Shown here in pieces: positions 45,205-55,455 of a stretch of DNA of 64,000 nt. The stretch is from Candidatus Iainarchaeum sp. GTDB taxonomy: Archaea; Iainarchaeota; Iainarchaeia; Iainarchaeales; JAGVWC01. Under the pieces are notes generated by a model. It was not told where the DNA came from. It saw only the letters and a program-made list of their open reading frames with translations, and made no database searches. The DNA lies in assembly GCA_018304465.1 (NCBI GenBank), contig JAGVWC010000009.1, forward strand, positions 1 to 64,000. The letters run 5' to 3'. Made by a program: the position numbers and the translations under genes. The stretch's first letter is position 1. Each line of letters starts with the position of its first letter.

Positions 45205-45441
45205 GTGTCACAAGAGTTGGAGATTGTAAAAGGGTTTAAATCCAAGTTTCTAGACTTTGTTCCGCCCGAAAAAAAAGAGCGGATAGAAAAAGAATTCGGA
45301 AAAGTTGTGGCGGGCATTCCACCCACAGAACTAGAAAAAATTTCAAAGTATATTTTGTTGTATAAAAACAGGGTAACAGATTCTGAACAGATTTATTTTT
45401 CAAAAAAATCTGCTGATTTGTTGAAACCATTTTTTCTTTGA
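45205..45441 (+). CDS. small hypothetical protein (78 aa)
   Basis: GTG at 45205 after GGAGTGA; fills the gap between two GT4 genes. Confidence 0.45.
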   Translation: MSQELEIVKGFKSKFLDFVPPEKKERIEKEFGKVVAGIPPTELEKISKYILLYKNRVTDSEQIYFSKKSADLLKPFFL

Positions 45442-45477
45442 AAAACATGCAAAAGAGTGAAATTGAGTTTGAAAAAA

Positions 45478-46563
45478 ATGAAAATTGCTTTGGTTTGTCC
45501 GCGAACGCCTCGAGAGAGTTTTGCCGGAATCGAAAACTTGGTGATTCAGGTTGGAAAAGGGTTAAATGCCCGTGGCGTCGACGTTTCCATTGTTACGACA
45601 GCGGAACATCCCAAACCATCCGTTTTTGAAGAAATTTCCGTCCAAGAGTTTCCGCGTTGGGCGCCCAGCGAAAATTATTTTCTTTCGCCGGAACTCGTAA
45701 AAGGTCTTGAAAAGGGAAAATGGGATATTATTCACTGTTTTGGATATAACAATCTTATTACGTTTATGGTGATGGCCAAAAAAAAGAAGGACCAGTGCTT
45801 GGTGGTGTCTCCGGCCAGTGCAGGTACCTCTTCTTTGTTTCGAAAAATGCTTTTATTTCCGTATCGACATTTGTTCAACTGGTACAGCAAAAACATTGAT
45901 GCGGTCGTTTTTTTGTCGGAATTTGAAAAAAATCTCTTTTTGAAAGATCTTCGAGTAAACCCAACGAATACATGGATAATCCCAATTGGAGTGGACCAAC
46001 GATTCATTGATTCGATTAAAGTCCAAAAAAAACATGAAATTGTTTCTGTTGGACGGCTTGTGAAAAACAAAGGGTTCGATCGATTATTACAGATTTTTGC
46101 GATTATTTCAAAAAAAGATCCAGGTCTTCGGCTTCGAATTATTGGAAAAGGAGTGGAACGAGTTACTTTGGAACACTTGGCTAAAGAACTTGGGATCCAA
46201 GACAAAGTGGATTTCATGGGCGAAATTCCGTTTTCGCGGCGAACAGAATTATTTACTTTTCTAAAACAAGCCAAAGCATTTGTTTTTCTGAGTAAGTATG
46301 AAAGCCAAGGAGTTGTTATTTCCGAAGCCATTGCATCTAAAACTCCGGCAATTATTTTTCCGAATTCGGCACAAAAAGAATTCATAGACCAGGGTTGGGC
46401 GGTTGGTGTTTCGGAAAATGATACAAACGAGAACATTGCAGAGAAAATTTTTGAAGTTGTTTCGAATCCCGATGAATTTGTTTCGAAAGAAAACCCTCCA
46501 AGTATCGAAGAGATTATTCAAAGGCATCAAGAGCTTTATGAAAAATTGAAGGAAAAAAAATAG
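45478..46563 (+). CDS. GT4 glycosyltransferase
   Basis: AGIE, VGRLVKNKG and YESQGVVISEAIAS motifs. Confidence 0.92.
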   Translation: MKIALVCPRTPRESFAGIENLVIQVGKGLNARGVDVSIVTTAEHPKPSVFEEISVQEFPRWAPSENYFLSPELVKGLEKGKWDIIHCFGYNNLITFMVMAKKKKDQCLVVSPASAGTSSLFRKMLLFPYRHLFNWYSKNIDAVVFLSEFEKNLFLKDLRVNPTNTWIIPIGVDQRFIDSIKVQKKHEIVSVGRLVKNKGFDRLLQIFAIISKKDPGLRLRIIGKGVERVTLEHLAKELGIQDKVDFMGEIPFSRRTELFTFLKQAKAFVFLSKYESQGVVISEAIASKTPAIIFPNSAQKEFIDQGWAVGVSENDTNENIAEKIFEVVSNPDEFVSKENPPSIEEIIQRHQELYEKLKEKK

Positions 46564-46574
46564 TTGTCAATCGA

Positions 46575-48050
46575 TTAATTTTGAATCCATCGATAAATCG
46601 TAAGTGAATGCGGTGAAGTGGATTCAAATACTTTTTCTAGGTGCGGGGAATTTGCTTTGACAAAGTCAATGACTTGTTTGCGTTCTCGATCAATGGCATC
46701 TTGTCGTTCGGGAGCACCTGAAACAGTAGAATAACGTAGCACCATCACGTAGACAGGCCCCGAAAATTTATTGATTTCGTTTTGCGCATTCAAAAAAGGC
46801 GTGTCAATTCGAATGTATTTTCGATCCCCAAAAAAAGCTTTGGAAAAATAAATGCAATCATCACTCGAACCAACGGTCAGGGATCCTTCGGGAATCGTTT
46901 GTTTAATCGTATCCAAAACTGTTTGTCGTCCAAGAAGGGATTGTTGATGAACAATCGTTCCAATGACACTGCCCGCAAATAACCCAATGGTTAAGACCGC
47001 AAGTATTGCCGGAACAGATACATGAATTTTTTTACCCAGCCATTTGAGGGTTTCTTCGACGTGGTGGGCATATGGAATCATCAATAACCCAGCAACGGGA
47101 ATCAGATATCGCATTCGCCCCGTAATGGTTACTGGTGAAAAAAAATCGTAGGCATAGATATCCGTAGTGCGTGAAAACAGCCATAACACGACAAAAGTGG
47201 AAATCAATGCTTCCATCGCCAATGGTTTTTTTCGAAAAACAATTGGAAGCAAAACCATAAACGGATAGACAATTAATAAAATGGCGGTGAAAACCAAAAA
47301 GTTTGAAACAACGTGTGTATTTTCTTTGGCTAAGAAGTTTCCCGCCGAATACCCATACGGGGTTTGAAGTGGTCCTCCGTACATTAGCGTATTGAAACCC
47401 ATTACGAGTAGTCCAACAAGGAAAAAGCCAGCGATCATGGAAAGCAGCTTTTTTCGATCGGATAAAAGAGCGACCAATCCAAAACCTGAAAACAATAAAG
47501 CGGCATCGTTTCTAACAAACACAGCCAGACCGAAAACAAGCCCGGATAAAAACCAGTCTTTTGCGTTATTTCTTAGATACAATAAGGTTCCACCTAATGC
47601 AAAGGTGAGAACCAATAATTCTGGGAATAGTGTGCGACTCGCCCATAAAAATGCAGGAAAGAAAAGATAAAGTACAACTAATCGTTCATCGATTTTGAGT
47701 TTTCGTAAAATTAGCAAAAACAAAATTCCGTTCAACAAATGAATAACAAGCCCGCTGAGCATCAGCCCCATGATTCCGAATGGAACAAAGGGAATCAAGA
47801 CGACCGATTTTCCTAAAAAATAGGTGGAGAAATAATGTCCATTAACCATGGCCCCACCGCAAAAATCTACTGGATCAGAATCGAATAGTGATCCATTTAG
47901 CAGTAAATAGGCATTACGCGCGTATTCATGTTCGTCAATCGAAATCGGAAGCGGTGGAAAAAAAAAGGCAAACACCAAAGAGAAAAGCACAAATACGACT
48001 GGTACGAATATGCGCGGAGAACATAAGGACTCAAGAAAGTTGGTTTCCAT
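46575..48050 (-). CDS. GT-C fold membrane glycosyltransferase (ArnT/PMT_2-like)
   Basis: First-loop SIDEHEY, about 11 TMs, GLAVFVR and RYLIP motifs. Confidence 0.8.
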   Translation of the reverse strand: METNFLESLCSPRIFVPVVFVLFSLVFAFFFPPLPISIDEHEYARNAYLLLNGSLFDSDPVDFCGGAMVNGHYFSTYFLGKSVVLIPFVPFGIMGLMLSGLVIHLLNGILFLLILRKLKIDERLVVLYLFFPAFLWASRTLFPELLVLTFALGGTLLYLRNNAKDWFLSGLVFGLAVFVRNDAALLFSGFGLVALLSDRKKLLSMIAGFFLVGLLVMGFNTLMYGGPLQTPYGYSAGNFLAKENTHVVSNFLVFTAILLIVYPFMVLLPIVFRKKPLAMEALISTFVVLWLFSRTTDIYAYDFFSPVTITGRMRYLIPVAGLLMIPYAHHVEETLKWLGKKIHVSVPAILAVLTIGLFAGSVIGTIVHQQSLLGRQTVLDTIKQTIPEGSLTVGSSDDCIYFSKAFFGDRKYIRIDTPFLNAQNEINKFSGPVYVMVLRYSTVSGAPERQDAIDRERKQVIDFVKANSPHLEKVFESTSPHSLTIYRWIQN

Positions 48051-48058
48051 GAAAAAAC

Positions 48059-49024
48059 CTATCGTTTTGATTTGGAATTGTTCTTTTCTAGTTGCATCTT
48101 TTTTTGACGGTACAATAAATCTTCAGTAATTTTGCGGTTATTTTTGATCATTTCCGCCACTAATCCCAAGGCCATAATTTGAGAACCGAACAGCAAAAAG
48201 GCAACAGACACTAATGCCAATGGAAAATGAGGCGTCACTTGTCCGGACTGCAGGAAATGAGAAAGAATGAATAGTCCTCCCGCAAGTCCGACAAGAAAAA
48301 TACTGCCTCCAATCGCTAAGAAGACGCGCAAAGGCTTGTAGTTTAAGTATCCCATAAGTAAAACCAGTGCCGATTGTTTGGCGTACCCAAAAAGGCTTGA
48401 AATCAAACGAGATTTTCCCGAACGCTTTCGAAAATCAATCGGGACTTCGACGACCTTGAAGCGATGATATGCTGCTTGAAGAATGGTTTCTTGAGTATAG
48501 GTGTAACGCGATAAAACCATGAGTCGTAACGCTGCTTCGCGCGAAAATGCCCGAAACCCCGTTTGACCATCGGTGATGGGTAAACCGGATACAATGGAAA
48601 CCGCTTTGGTGGCCAGAATGTTCCCGACGCGATTTGCCCACGGCATGTATTCGATGTGGCCTGCAAACCGCGACCCTAATACCAGATCAGCATTGTGTTC
48701 AAGAATCGGATTGACCAAAAGCGGAATTTGGGTTTGATTATATTGATTATCTGCATCCGTATTCACGATGATATCCGCGTTAAGATCAAATAACGCGGAT
48801 TCCAACCCGTCTCTAAAAGTTTGTGCCAATCCACGATTGTTCGAGTGGCGTAACAGGCGCGCACCGAAGGCTTTTGCAACCGCACTTGTTTTGTCGGCGG
48901 AACCGTCATCAATGACTAACACTTCGATTTCAGAAATACCCGGGATCGTTTTGGGGATTTCTTTAAGTACAAAAGGAAGCGAAGTTTCTTCATTAAAAGC
49001 GGGAATGATGATAACCAATTTCAT
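48059..49024 (-). CDS. GT2 polyprenol-phosphate glycosyltransferase (Dpm1/GtrB-like)
   Basis: IIPAFNEE, DDGSAD, TDADNQY, GSRF and DGQTGFRAFSR motifs; two C-terminal TMs. Confidence 0.92.
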   Translation of the reverse strand: MKLVIIIPAFNEETSLPFVLKEIPKTIPGISEIEVLVIDDGSADKTSAVAKAFGARLLRHSNNRGLAQTFRDGLESALFDLNADIIVNTDADNQYNQTQIPLLVNPILEHNADLVLGSRFAGHIEYMPWANRVGNILATKAVSIVSGLPITDGQTGFRAFSREAALRLMVLSRYTYTQETILQAAYHRFKVVEVPIDFRKRSGKSRLISSLFGYAKQSALVLLMGYLNYKPLRVFLAIGGSIFLVGLAGGLFILSHFLQSGQVTPHFPLALVSVAFLLFGSQIMALGLVAEMIKNNRKITEDLLYRQKKMQLEKNNSKSKR

Positions 49025-49094
49025 ACGGATCGCTATAATGGGATGGTTCTTTTGGGTTTTATTTGTTTTGGTATCCTTACAGGTTTACCCTAGT

Positions 49095-50081
49095 TTAAAA
49101 AGAGGCAAAAACCTCCTTGAGTAAATACGAAAGGTTGGTGGCTCTCCGGACGAAAAAAAGGAAACCCACAAAAGCGGGTAAGATGGACGCGAGTGTCAAA
49201 TATAATAGTGAAAACGCGATGGCCTGATCGGCCGCTACGCTAAAAAAAGAAAATAAGACCAGAAAAAAAGTTTCCCGAGTCCCTAATCCTGAAATGGAAA
49301 TAGGCAATGCTTCAATAAGCGTCGCAAACGGAATGGCAATTACAAAAAACCAAAACGGAACATTGATTCCGATTGCCAAAGCAATAAAACCAGCCGAGAT
49401 AATGGCAAGTATCCAATTGAGACTTCCAAGAAGCATTGCAACAAATATTTTATTCTTTTTTTTTCGAAACACGTCCACATGGGAATAAAAAAAATCAAAC
49501 GCGCTTTTGGCTTTGGGTTTGATGACTTTTGGAACTAGTAGTTCAAAAAAAGGACGAAAAGTGGCAGCGGTTCGGTGCTTGTTTTTGAGAAAGAAAAAAG
49601 CGGCAACGATGCTCCAGCACAAAAGGACAATGAAAAAAGAAGCGGTCGGATCAAACCCGAAAAGAAATAATCCTCCAACTATTGCAAGACTTCCTGTGGC
49701 CACCAATAACAGGATATCCAATACGCGGTCGGCAAAAATGGAAAAAATCGTATGTCGGTAATCATGTTTTCCCAAAAAGAAAGCACGACCAAAATCCCCT
49801 ACCTTCGCCGGCGTTATCGCTCCGAGATAAAATCCGATGATAATAGCGCGGGCAAGATTCCAAAACCCAAATTTTTCTTCGAGTATCTCAAGAAGAATCT
49901 GCCATTTGATGGTTCGGATGACAATAGAGCAAACCAACAAGCCCAAAGAACCCATAATCCAGAAGTAATTGAGATTGGTTAAAACCACTGCGAGTTGTTT
50001 TAAATCCACGCGTAAAAGTACCGCAACAAACAGCACCAAACCGATTAAAGGAAGAAGTTGTTCAAACCAATTGATTTTCAT
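49095..50081 (-). CDS. UPF0104/LPG-synthase-TM family putative flippase
   Basis: ITPAKVGDFGR, ADRVLD and LPISISGLGTRE motifs. Confidence 0.88.
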   Translation of the reverse strand: MKINWFEQLLPLIGLVLFVAVLLRVDLKQLAVVLTNLNYFWIMGSLGLLVCSIVIRTIKWQILLEILEEKFGFWNLARAIIIGFYLGAITPAKVGDFGRAFFLGKHDYRHTIFSIFADRVLDILLLVATGSLAIVGGLFLFGFDPTASFFIVLLCWSIVAAFFFLKNKHRTAATFRPFFELLVPKVIKPKAKSAFDFFYSHVDVFRKKKNKIFVAMLLGSLNWILAIISAGFIALAIGINVPFWFFVIAIPFATLIEALPISISGLGTRETFFLVLFSFFSVAADQAIAFSLLYLTLASILPAFVGFLFFVRRATNLSYLLKEVFASF

Positions 50082-51712
50082 GACGCATTCTCCGTTTTTT
50101 TGTATACTTCAAATCCATTGGATTCGAATACCTTGGGAAAAGGAAGGGAAGTTGGATAAAATCCCTTGGGAGCTACAATAAACTGGACATCCAAGTTTTG
50201 CAAGCAATCAATGCAATGGGTCTCGAGAATTCTTTTTTTCTCAAGACTTTTTTTGATTTCGAGTTCAAATAAAGGGTCTGTGGATCGCGATACCATCGAG
50301 ATGAAAAAACCATTCAGTACATCAAAAGGAATTTTATCCGAAAAAACCGCTAAAAGCGACGAATTAGGGGTTAGAAAAAGCGTTTTGGCACGTTCGGGAA
50401 ACTGTTCTTTGAATGAAAACGCAAAGGCCGCTTGTTCCCGGCTAATTTTGCTTCCTTCTCGCAACCGTGAAAGTTCATTAGAGTAAAAAAAGCTTCCAAG
50501 GATCAGCAGTAACAATAACATTGTAAGAGCCGGCTTAAACCACCGCCTCAGATCTAATCGATTCAAGAATAATCCCCCCAATACCACCGCGGCAAGGGAT
50601 GCAAGTTCGGCCAACTTGCTAATAACAGGAATGCCCGTGAATAAGACCAATAGCAATGAGAGAACCACGACGGCAAGTAAGAACCATTCAATGACCTGTA
50701 TTGGTTCTCTTTTTTTGAGGTAAAAAAAAATCGTGAATAACAGGATTACCAACGGAACCCACCCCAGTAACAAAACAGTGGATGAAATCGCTTCGAGCAA
50801 AGAATACTGTGTGATGGATGTTTCAATAGGAAGGATTTGTTCGTGATACACGACTTGGTTCCATCCCTGCTGGCCCATGGCCAAAAAAGTTCCAAATACA
50901 GGGATCGCTAAGAAAATCGCAAGCCCGATTTTTAACCAAGGGAGATTTGAAAACAGTTCTTTGCGAATAGATTGCCTAAAAAAGACGACCCCAAGTACTC
51001 CCAGGAATCCTAAAAAAAGGAGAGGAGAAAAGTGCAAGAGCAATGCCGTTGGAAAAAAAAGAAAAACCGCGTCACTTTTACTTAACCAGGCCCATACCAC
51101 GGCCAGAAAAAAAACAGTTCCGAAGATACCGGGAAATAGACCCAACAAAAACGATTGAAAAACAATTTTAGATCCACAAAAAAGAAGTGCCGCCCAAAAA
51201 CCGGTGTTTTCTGATTTGAAAAATTTTGAAACAACCAAAAAAACAAGAATGACTTCCAATGCTGCAAAAACCGCGCCTAAAAAATATAAGATGAACAAAT
51301 CAGGTACCATTGAAAAGAAATCCACAAAGGGTTTGGCAAACAAGGTGAACCCAAAAAAATAATACGCCTTGACAGGAGAATACGGAGCATACGTGGTTGG
51401 AATTTTTTCTTGGGTAATTCGTTGGTGAACAAAGTGCATTCCGTCCGTTGACCCTAAGTAACCAGGACCCGCAAACACCGAAAACAACACCAAAATGAAA
51501 ACCAACCCAGCGAATGCCCAAATGGGAATCGGAATGGATTGATTAAAGTCGGGTTCGATTTTCTTAAGTACAATGAATCCGAGAACGATTCCGATCAAAA
51601 CCGTGAGAATTGAGTTGAGAAAGAATTGTCCGCTCCAATAAGAGAAAACGACCATGATCGCCGTAAACACCAGAAAAAAAAGGAATATACGGGCCGGTAA
51701 GCCATTCGTCAT
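50078..51712 (-). CDS. polytopic membrane protein, possibly GT-C-like
   Basis: About 13 hydrophobic segments, loop STDGMHF and a C-terminal soluble domain ending FEVYK. The start is uncertain (51712 or 51784). Confidence 0.6.
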   Translation of the reverse strand: MTNGLPARIFLFFLVFTAIMVVFSYWSGQFFLNSILTVLIGIVLGFIVLKKIEPDFNQSIPIPIWAFAGLVFILVLFSVFAGPGYLGSTDGMHFVHQRITQEKIPTTYAPYSPVKAYYFFGFTLFAKPFVDFFSMVPDLFILYFLGAVFAALEVILVFLVVSKFFKSENTGFWAALLFCGSKIVFQSFLLGLFPGIFGTVFFLAVVWAWLSKSDAVFLFFPTALLLHFSPLLFLGFLGVLGVVFFRQSIRKELFSNLPWLKIGLAIFLAIPVFGTFLAMGQQGWNQVVYHEQILPIETSITQYSLLEAISSTVLLLGWVPLVILLFTIFFYLKKREPIQVIEWFLLAVVVLSLLLVLFTGIPVISKLAELASLAAVVLGGLFLNRLDLRRWFKPALTMLLLLLILGSFFYSNELSRLREGSKISREQAAFAFSFKEQFPERAKTLFLTPNSSLLAVFSDKIPFDVLNGFFISMVSRSTDPLFELEIKKSLEKKRILETHCIDCLQNLDVQFIVAPKGFYPTSLPFPKVFESNGFEVYKKTENAS

Positions 51713-51818
51713 ATCGATAAGTGTCTCTTCATCCTTTATAGTTTTTTTGGAACGAGACCGTACCACAGGATTTAAATTGGCCAAAAAACCATTTTAAATG
51801 TCAAAGAAAGGTTTTTTG

Positions 51819-52931
51819 ATGCGAATCCTGATTTTAAATTGGCGAGATATTCGACACCCGGAAAAAGGAGGCGCGGAAATTCTTACGTTTGAAATTGCCA
51901 AGCGGTTGGTAACCAAAGGCCATTCCGTGACATGGTTTTCACCGCGATTTAAGAATTCAAAGCCGGAGGAAGAAATCGAAGGAGTCCAGTTTGTTCGAGC
52001 CGGTGGAAAATACACCGTTTATTTCGTTGCGGCTTGGAAATATTGGCACAACCAACTTGGTTCCTTTGACATCGTTATTGATGAGATGAACGGGATTCCT
52101 TTTTTTTCGCCATTATACATTCGGGAGAAAAAGATCTTGATGCTGCATCACGTGGTTGGAAAGATTTGGCATGTCGAATTTCCATTTCCATTCAGTTCAT
52201 TTGGAGCGCTTTTTGAAAAAGCGGCATTGAAGTTGTACGCTCAAATCCCGGTAATCACCGAAGGAAAATCTACGTGCCGAGATTTAATCCGAATGGGCTT
52301 TCAAGACACTTCCACTATGACGGTTGGAACAGGAATTACTCGACCAAAGAAACCACTTCCAAAAAAAAATAATCAATTGGTGTTTGTGGGCCGAATGAAA
52401 AAAGCCAAGCAACCGGATCATGCCATTAGAGCCATTGGATTACTAAAAAATCGTTTTCCGGATCTTCAATTAAAGTTAATTGGAGGCGGAGACGAGAAGT
52501 ATATTGAAGAGATGAAACAACAAGTCAAAGATCTCGGGCTTGAAAAACAAATTTCATTTTTAGGTCATTTGGGTTTTGAGGAACGAAACCGAATCGTTTC
52601 CGAATCCATGGCAATTTTGGTTCCCTCCATAAAAGAGGGATGGGGTTTGATTGTAACAGAAGCTAATTGTGTTGGGACAATTGCGATTGGATACAATGTG
52701 AATGGATTGTGCGATGCAATTTCGGATGGCGAAAACGGTTTTTTGACTGAAAATAATCCAACGGCATTGGCTGAAAAGATTCGTTTTTTTTTAAGTCTTT
52801 CCACTGAAAAGAAATTGAAATATTCCCAAAAAGCCCTTTTTCATAGCCGTCGATTCGAGTGGAATACGGGCGCTGACGAAGTGGAAGCACTTTTGAAAAA
52901 AACATTAAAAAACACACTCTCGTTTAAATGA
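51819..52931 (+). CDS. GT4 glycosyltransferase
   Basis: LNWRDIRHPEKGGAE and PSIKEGWGLIVTEAN motifs. Confidence 0.93.
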   Translation: MRILILNWRDIRHPEKGGAEILTFEIAKRLVTKGHSVTWFSPRFKNSKPEEEIEGVQFVRAGGKYTVYFVAAWKYWHNQLGSFDIVIDEMNGIPFFSPLYIREKKILMLHHVVGKIWHVEFPFPFSSFGALFEKAALKLYAQIPVITEGKSTCRDLIRMGFQDTSTMTVGTGITRPKKPLPKKNNQLVFVGRMKKAKQPDHAIRAIGLLKNRFPDLQLKLIGGGDEKYIEEMKQQVKDLGLEKQISFLGHLGFEERNRIVSESMAILVPSIKEGWGLIVTEANCVGTIAIGYNVNGLCDAISDGENGFLTENNPTALAEKIRFFLSLSTEKKLKYSQKALFHSRRFEWNTGADEVEALLKKTLKNTLSFK

Positions 52932-53719
52932 CTTTTGATGACGGTAAAGTAATGAAACAATCCAAAGGACTTGCGACCAAAGACCATTACACAATAGATG
53001 TAACCAATCAGTATAGTGGAAAGATCTTGGAGCGAGAGCGCATTTCTCTTGAATTAATGGCCAATGCACATCCCACTTCAAAAACGCGTTTGGTAGACGC
53101 CGGTTGTGCCAAAGGAAAATTGCTAATTGAAATTTGGAACCGTTTTGGTATCAAAGGTATTGGATTAGAGTATAGTAAAACATTTTTGGCCGAAGCACGT
53201 ACTGCCGGAGTTGATGCTCGTTTTTGCGATTTGCACGCGGGGATTCCGCTTGAAGACGCAACAGTGGATATTTTGAATGCGTCCGAAGTCATTGAGCATT
53301 TATATGATCCGGATTTTTTTTTACGAGAAGCAAACAGGGTATTAGCCAAAGGCGGGTCACTCGTGATATCGACTCCGAATCTGTGTGCATGGTTTAATCG
53401 GATATTGCTTCTTTTTGGAATCCAGCCCTTGTTCTTGGAATCAAGTACTGAAGACCGGAGCATTGGCGCCGGACCGCTTCGAAAAATGAAAAAATCAACT
53501 CAAGTGGTTGGGCATGTGCGCATCTTGCATGTGACAGCCTTAAAGGATTTATTGGAAAGACATGGGTTCGAAGTAAAAGAGATTCATGGAACAGTTTTTG
53601 AAAACGAACTACCGGCACCTGCGAGTTGGATTGATCGATTAATGACGATTCGAACCGGCTTAAGCGCGTTGTTGGTTGTGCGAGCCGTTAAAAAAAGAGA
53701 GTTAGTGAAGCAAAAATGA
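52928..53719 (+). CDS. class I SAM methyltransferase
   Basis: VDAGCAKG, EVIEHL, RVLAKGG and STPN motifs. Confidence 0.9.
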   Translation: MTFDDGKVMKQSKGLATKDHYTIDVTNQYSGKILERERISLELMANAHPTSKTRLVDAGCAKGKLLIEIWNRFGIKGIGLEYSKTFLAEARTAGVDARFCDLHAGIPLEDATVDILNASEVIEHLYDPDFFLREANRVLAKGGSLVISTPNLCAWFNRILLLFGIQPLFLESSTEDRSIGAGPLRKMKKSTQVVGHVRILHVTALKDLLERHGFEVKEIHGTVFENELPAPASWIDRLMTIRTGLSALLVVRAVKKRELVKQK

Positions 53720-54435
53720 TTTCCATTATCATTCCCGCCTACAATGAAGAACTGCGCATCGAAGCAACGGTTATGGATTACCATGATTTCTTTTTTTCCA
53801 AATCAGACCCGTTCGAAATTATTGTAGTTTCAAATAATTGTTCAGATAAGACGCCTTTGATTGTTGCGGCGCTTTCCGAGAAATATCCAGAAATTCGATT
53901 GATAAACATCCCTGAAAAAATCGGAAAAGGGGGGGCCGTAAAAGAGGGGATTTTGAAAGCCAGGGGCGATTGGGTGGGGTTCACCGATGCTGACAACGCC
54001 ACAAAACCAAAAGAGTTTTACAAAATTTTTTCCGCTGCCACAAAGAGCCAGTGTATTGCGATGGGTTCCAGAGCTGTTAAAGGAGCCAAAGTATTGCGTC
54101 AACCAACATACCGAAAATATTTAGGACGCGGATTTAATGCTATTGTACGATTTTTGTTTAAGTTACCGTTTCGCGATACCCAATGCGGAGCCAAAATTTT
54201 TCCGAAAGAAGCCGCTGCACAGGTTTTTAAAAACGTAAAATCCAACGGATGGGAGTTTGACGTTGAGCTGTTGTATGAAGCAAAGAAAGCAGGGTATAAA
54301 ATTGTCGAAGTGGCAGTATTGTGGGTGGATTCTGGAGAAACAAAAATAAAACCAATGACTATTCCACACATGTTTTTTGGATTAATCAAAATGCGTTTGG
54401 AAAAAAATAAATCCGGGAAAAAAAATGACGACTAA
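53716..54435 (+). CDS. dolichyl-phosphate glycosyltransferase (Alg5-like GT2)
   Basis: IIPAYNEE, GKGGAV, FTDAD, DTQCGAK and WEFDVELL motifs. Confidence 0.9.
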   Translation: MISIIIPAYNEELRIEATVMDYHDFFFSKSDPFEIIVVSNNCSDKTPLIVAALSEKYPEIRLINIPEKIGKGGAVKEGILKARGDWVGFTDADNATKPKEFYKIFSAATKSQCIAMGSRAVKGAKVLRQPTYRKYLGRGFNAIVRFLFKLPFRDTQCGAKIFPKEAAAQVFKNVKSNGWEFDVELLYEAKKAGYKIVEVAVLWVDSGETKIKPMTIPHMFFGLIKMRLEKNKSGKKNDD

Positions 54436-55360
54436 AAAAGTGTTGATCACGGGGATTTCGGGCTTTTTAGGAGCCTGGAGTGCCAAAGTATTACTTGAAA
54501 ACAAATTTGACGTTTACGGGTTGGTTCGAAAAAAAGGGGGACTATCCTCGCTTTCCTTGCTAGACCTTGATACCAAAATTCCGTTGATTGTGGCAAATCT
54601 TAGAAATCTGAAGGATTTAGAGGCGATTTTTCAAGAAAACGAGTTTGATTATTGTTTGCATTTTGCAGGGCTGACAAACCCAGCATATTGTAAAGACCAT
54701 GTACATGAAACCTTTGAAGCCAATGTTGCGGGAGTTTGGAATTTATTAGAAGCGATTCAGAAAAAAAGCCCTCAAACGAAAACAGTTGTTTCTTCGAGTT
54801 ATCTCACGGAGCAACACAATATGGAGTCTTCTCCGTATGCAGTATCTAAACTCTTGGGAGAATGGATCGCAAAAACTTATTCAAAACGATTTGGACTAAC
54901 CGTTGTAAATGTGCGTAATTCCAATTGTTTTGGACCCGCGGATGTTCATCTGGAACGGATTATTCCGTCCACCATTCTTTTGGCCCTAAATCGGAAAAAA
55001 ATTAGTGTTTTTAACGAAACCAATGCGCGAAATTTTGTATATGTTAAAGACGTGGCCAAGGGATACTTACATTTGTTGAATGCTATGAATAGAAACACTG
55101 CGGATTTGGATGGATTGATATTTGCTAATGATAAAAAAACACGGATATTGGATTTAACTCAACGCATTGTGAAATTAACCGAAACAAACGCGCCCATTGA
55201 GTTATTGGGAAAAAGTCACGAAGAAACACCAGAGGTTTCAATTACGCCAACCCAAGAGAAGATCGGTTGGAGTCCGTCGTATTCATTGAATGACGCATTA
55301 ACCGAAACCGTTGAGTGGTATCGGGGCCATCGAAATCAACTTTCAATCAAAAAAGATTAG
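54425..55360 (+). CDS. NAD-dependent epimerase/dehydratase
   Basis: TGISGFLG, PYAVSK and RNFVYVKDV motifs. Confidence 0.88.
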   Translation: MTTKKVLITGISGFLGAWSAKVLLENKFDVYGLVRKKGGLSSLSLLDLDTKIPLIVANLRNLKDLEAIFQENEFDYCLHFAGLTNPAYCKDHVHETFEANVAGVWNLLEAIQKKSPQTKTVVSSSYLTEQHNMESSPYAVSKLLGEWIAKTYSKRFGLTVVNVRNSNCFGPADVHLERIIPSTILLALNRKKISVFNETNARNFVYVKDVAKGYLHLLNAMNRNTADLDGLIFANDKKTRILDLTQRIVKLTETNAPIELLGKSHEETPEVSITPTQEKIGWSPSYSLNDALTETVEWYRGHRNQLSIKKD

Positions 55361-55455
55361 AATTTTCCACGAAGCTTATGCCGTGCTTAAACGGTCCCAA
55401 TATCAAAGACCAAATAATTTTATCACTCTTCACGGAAAGCTGGTTTTGTGCTTGA

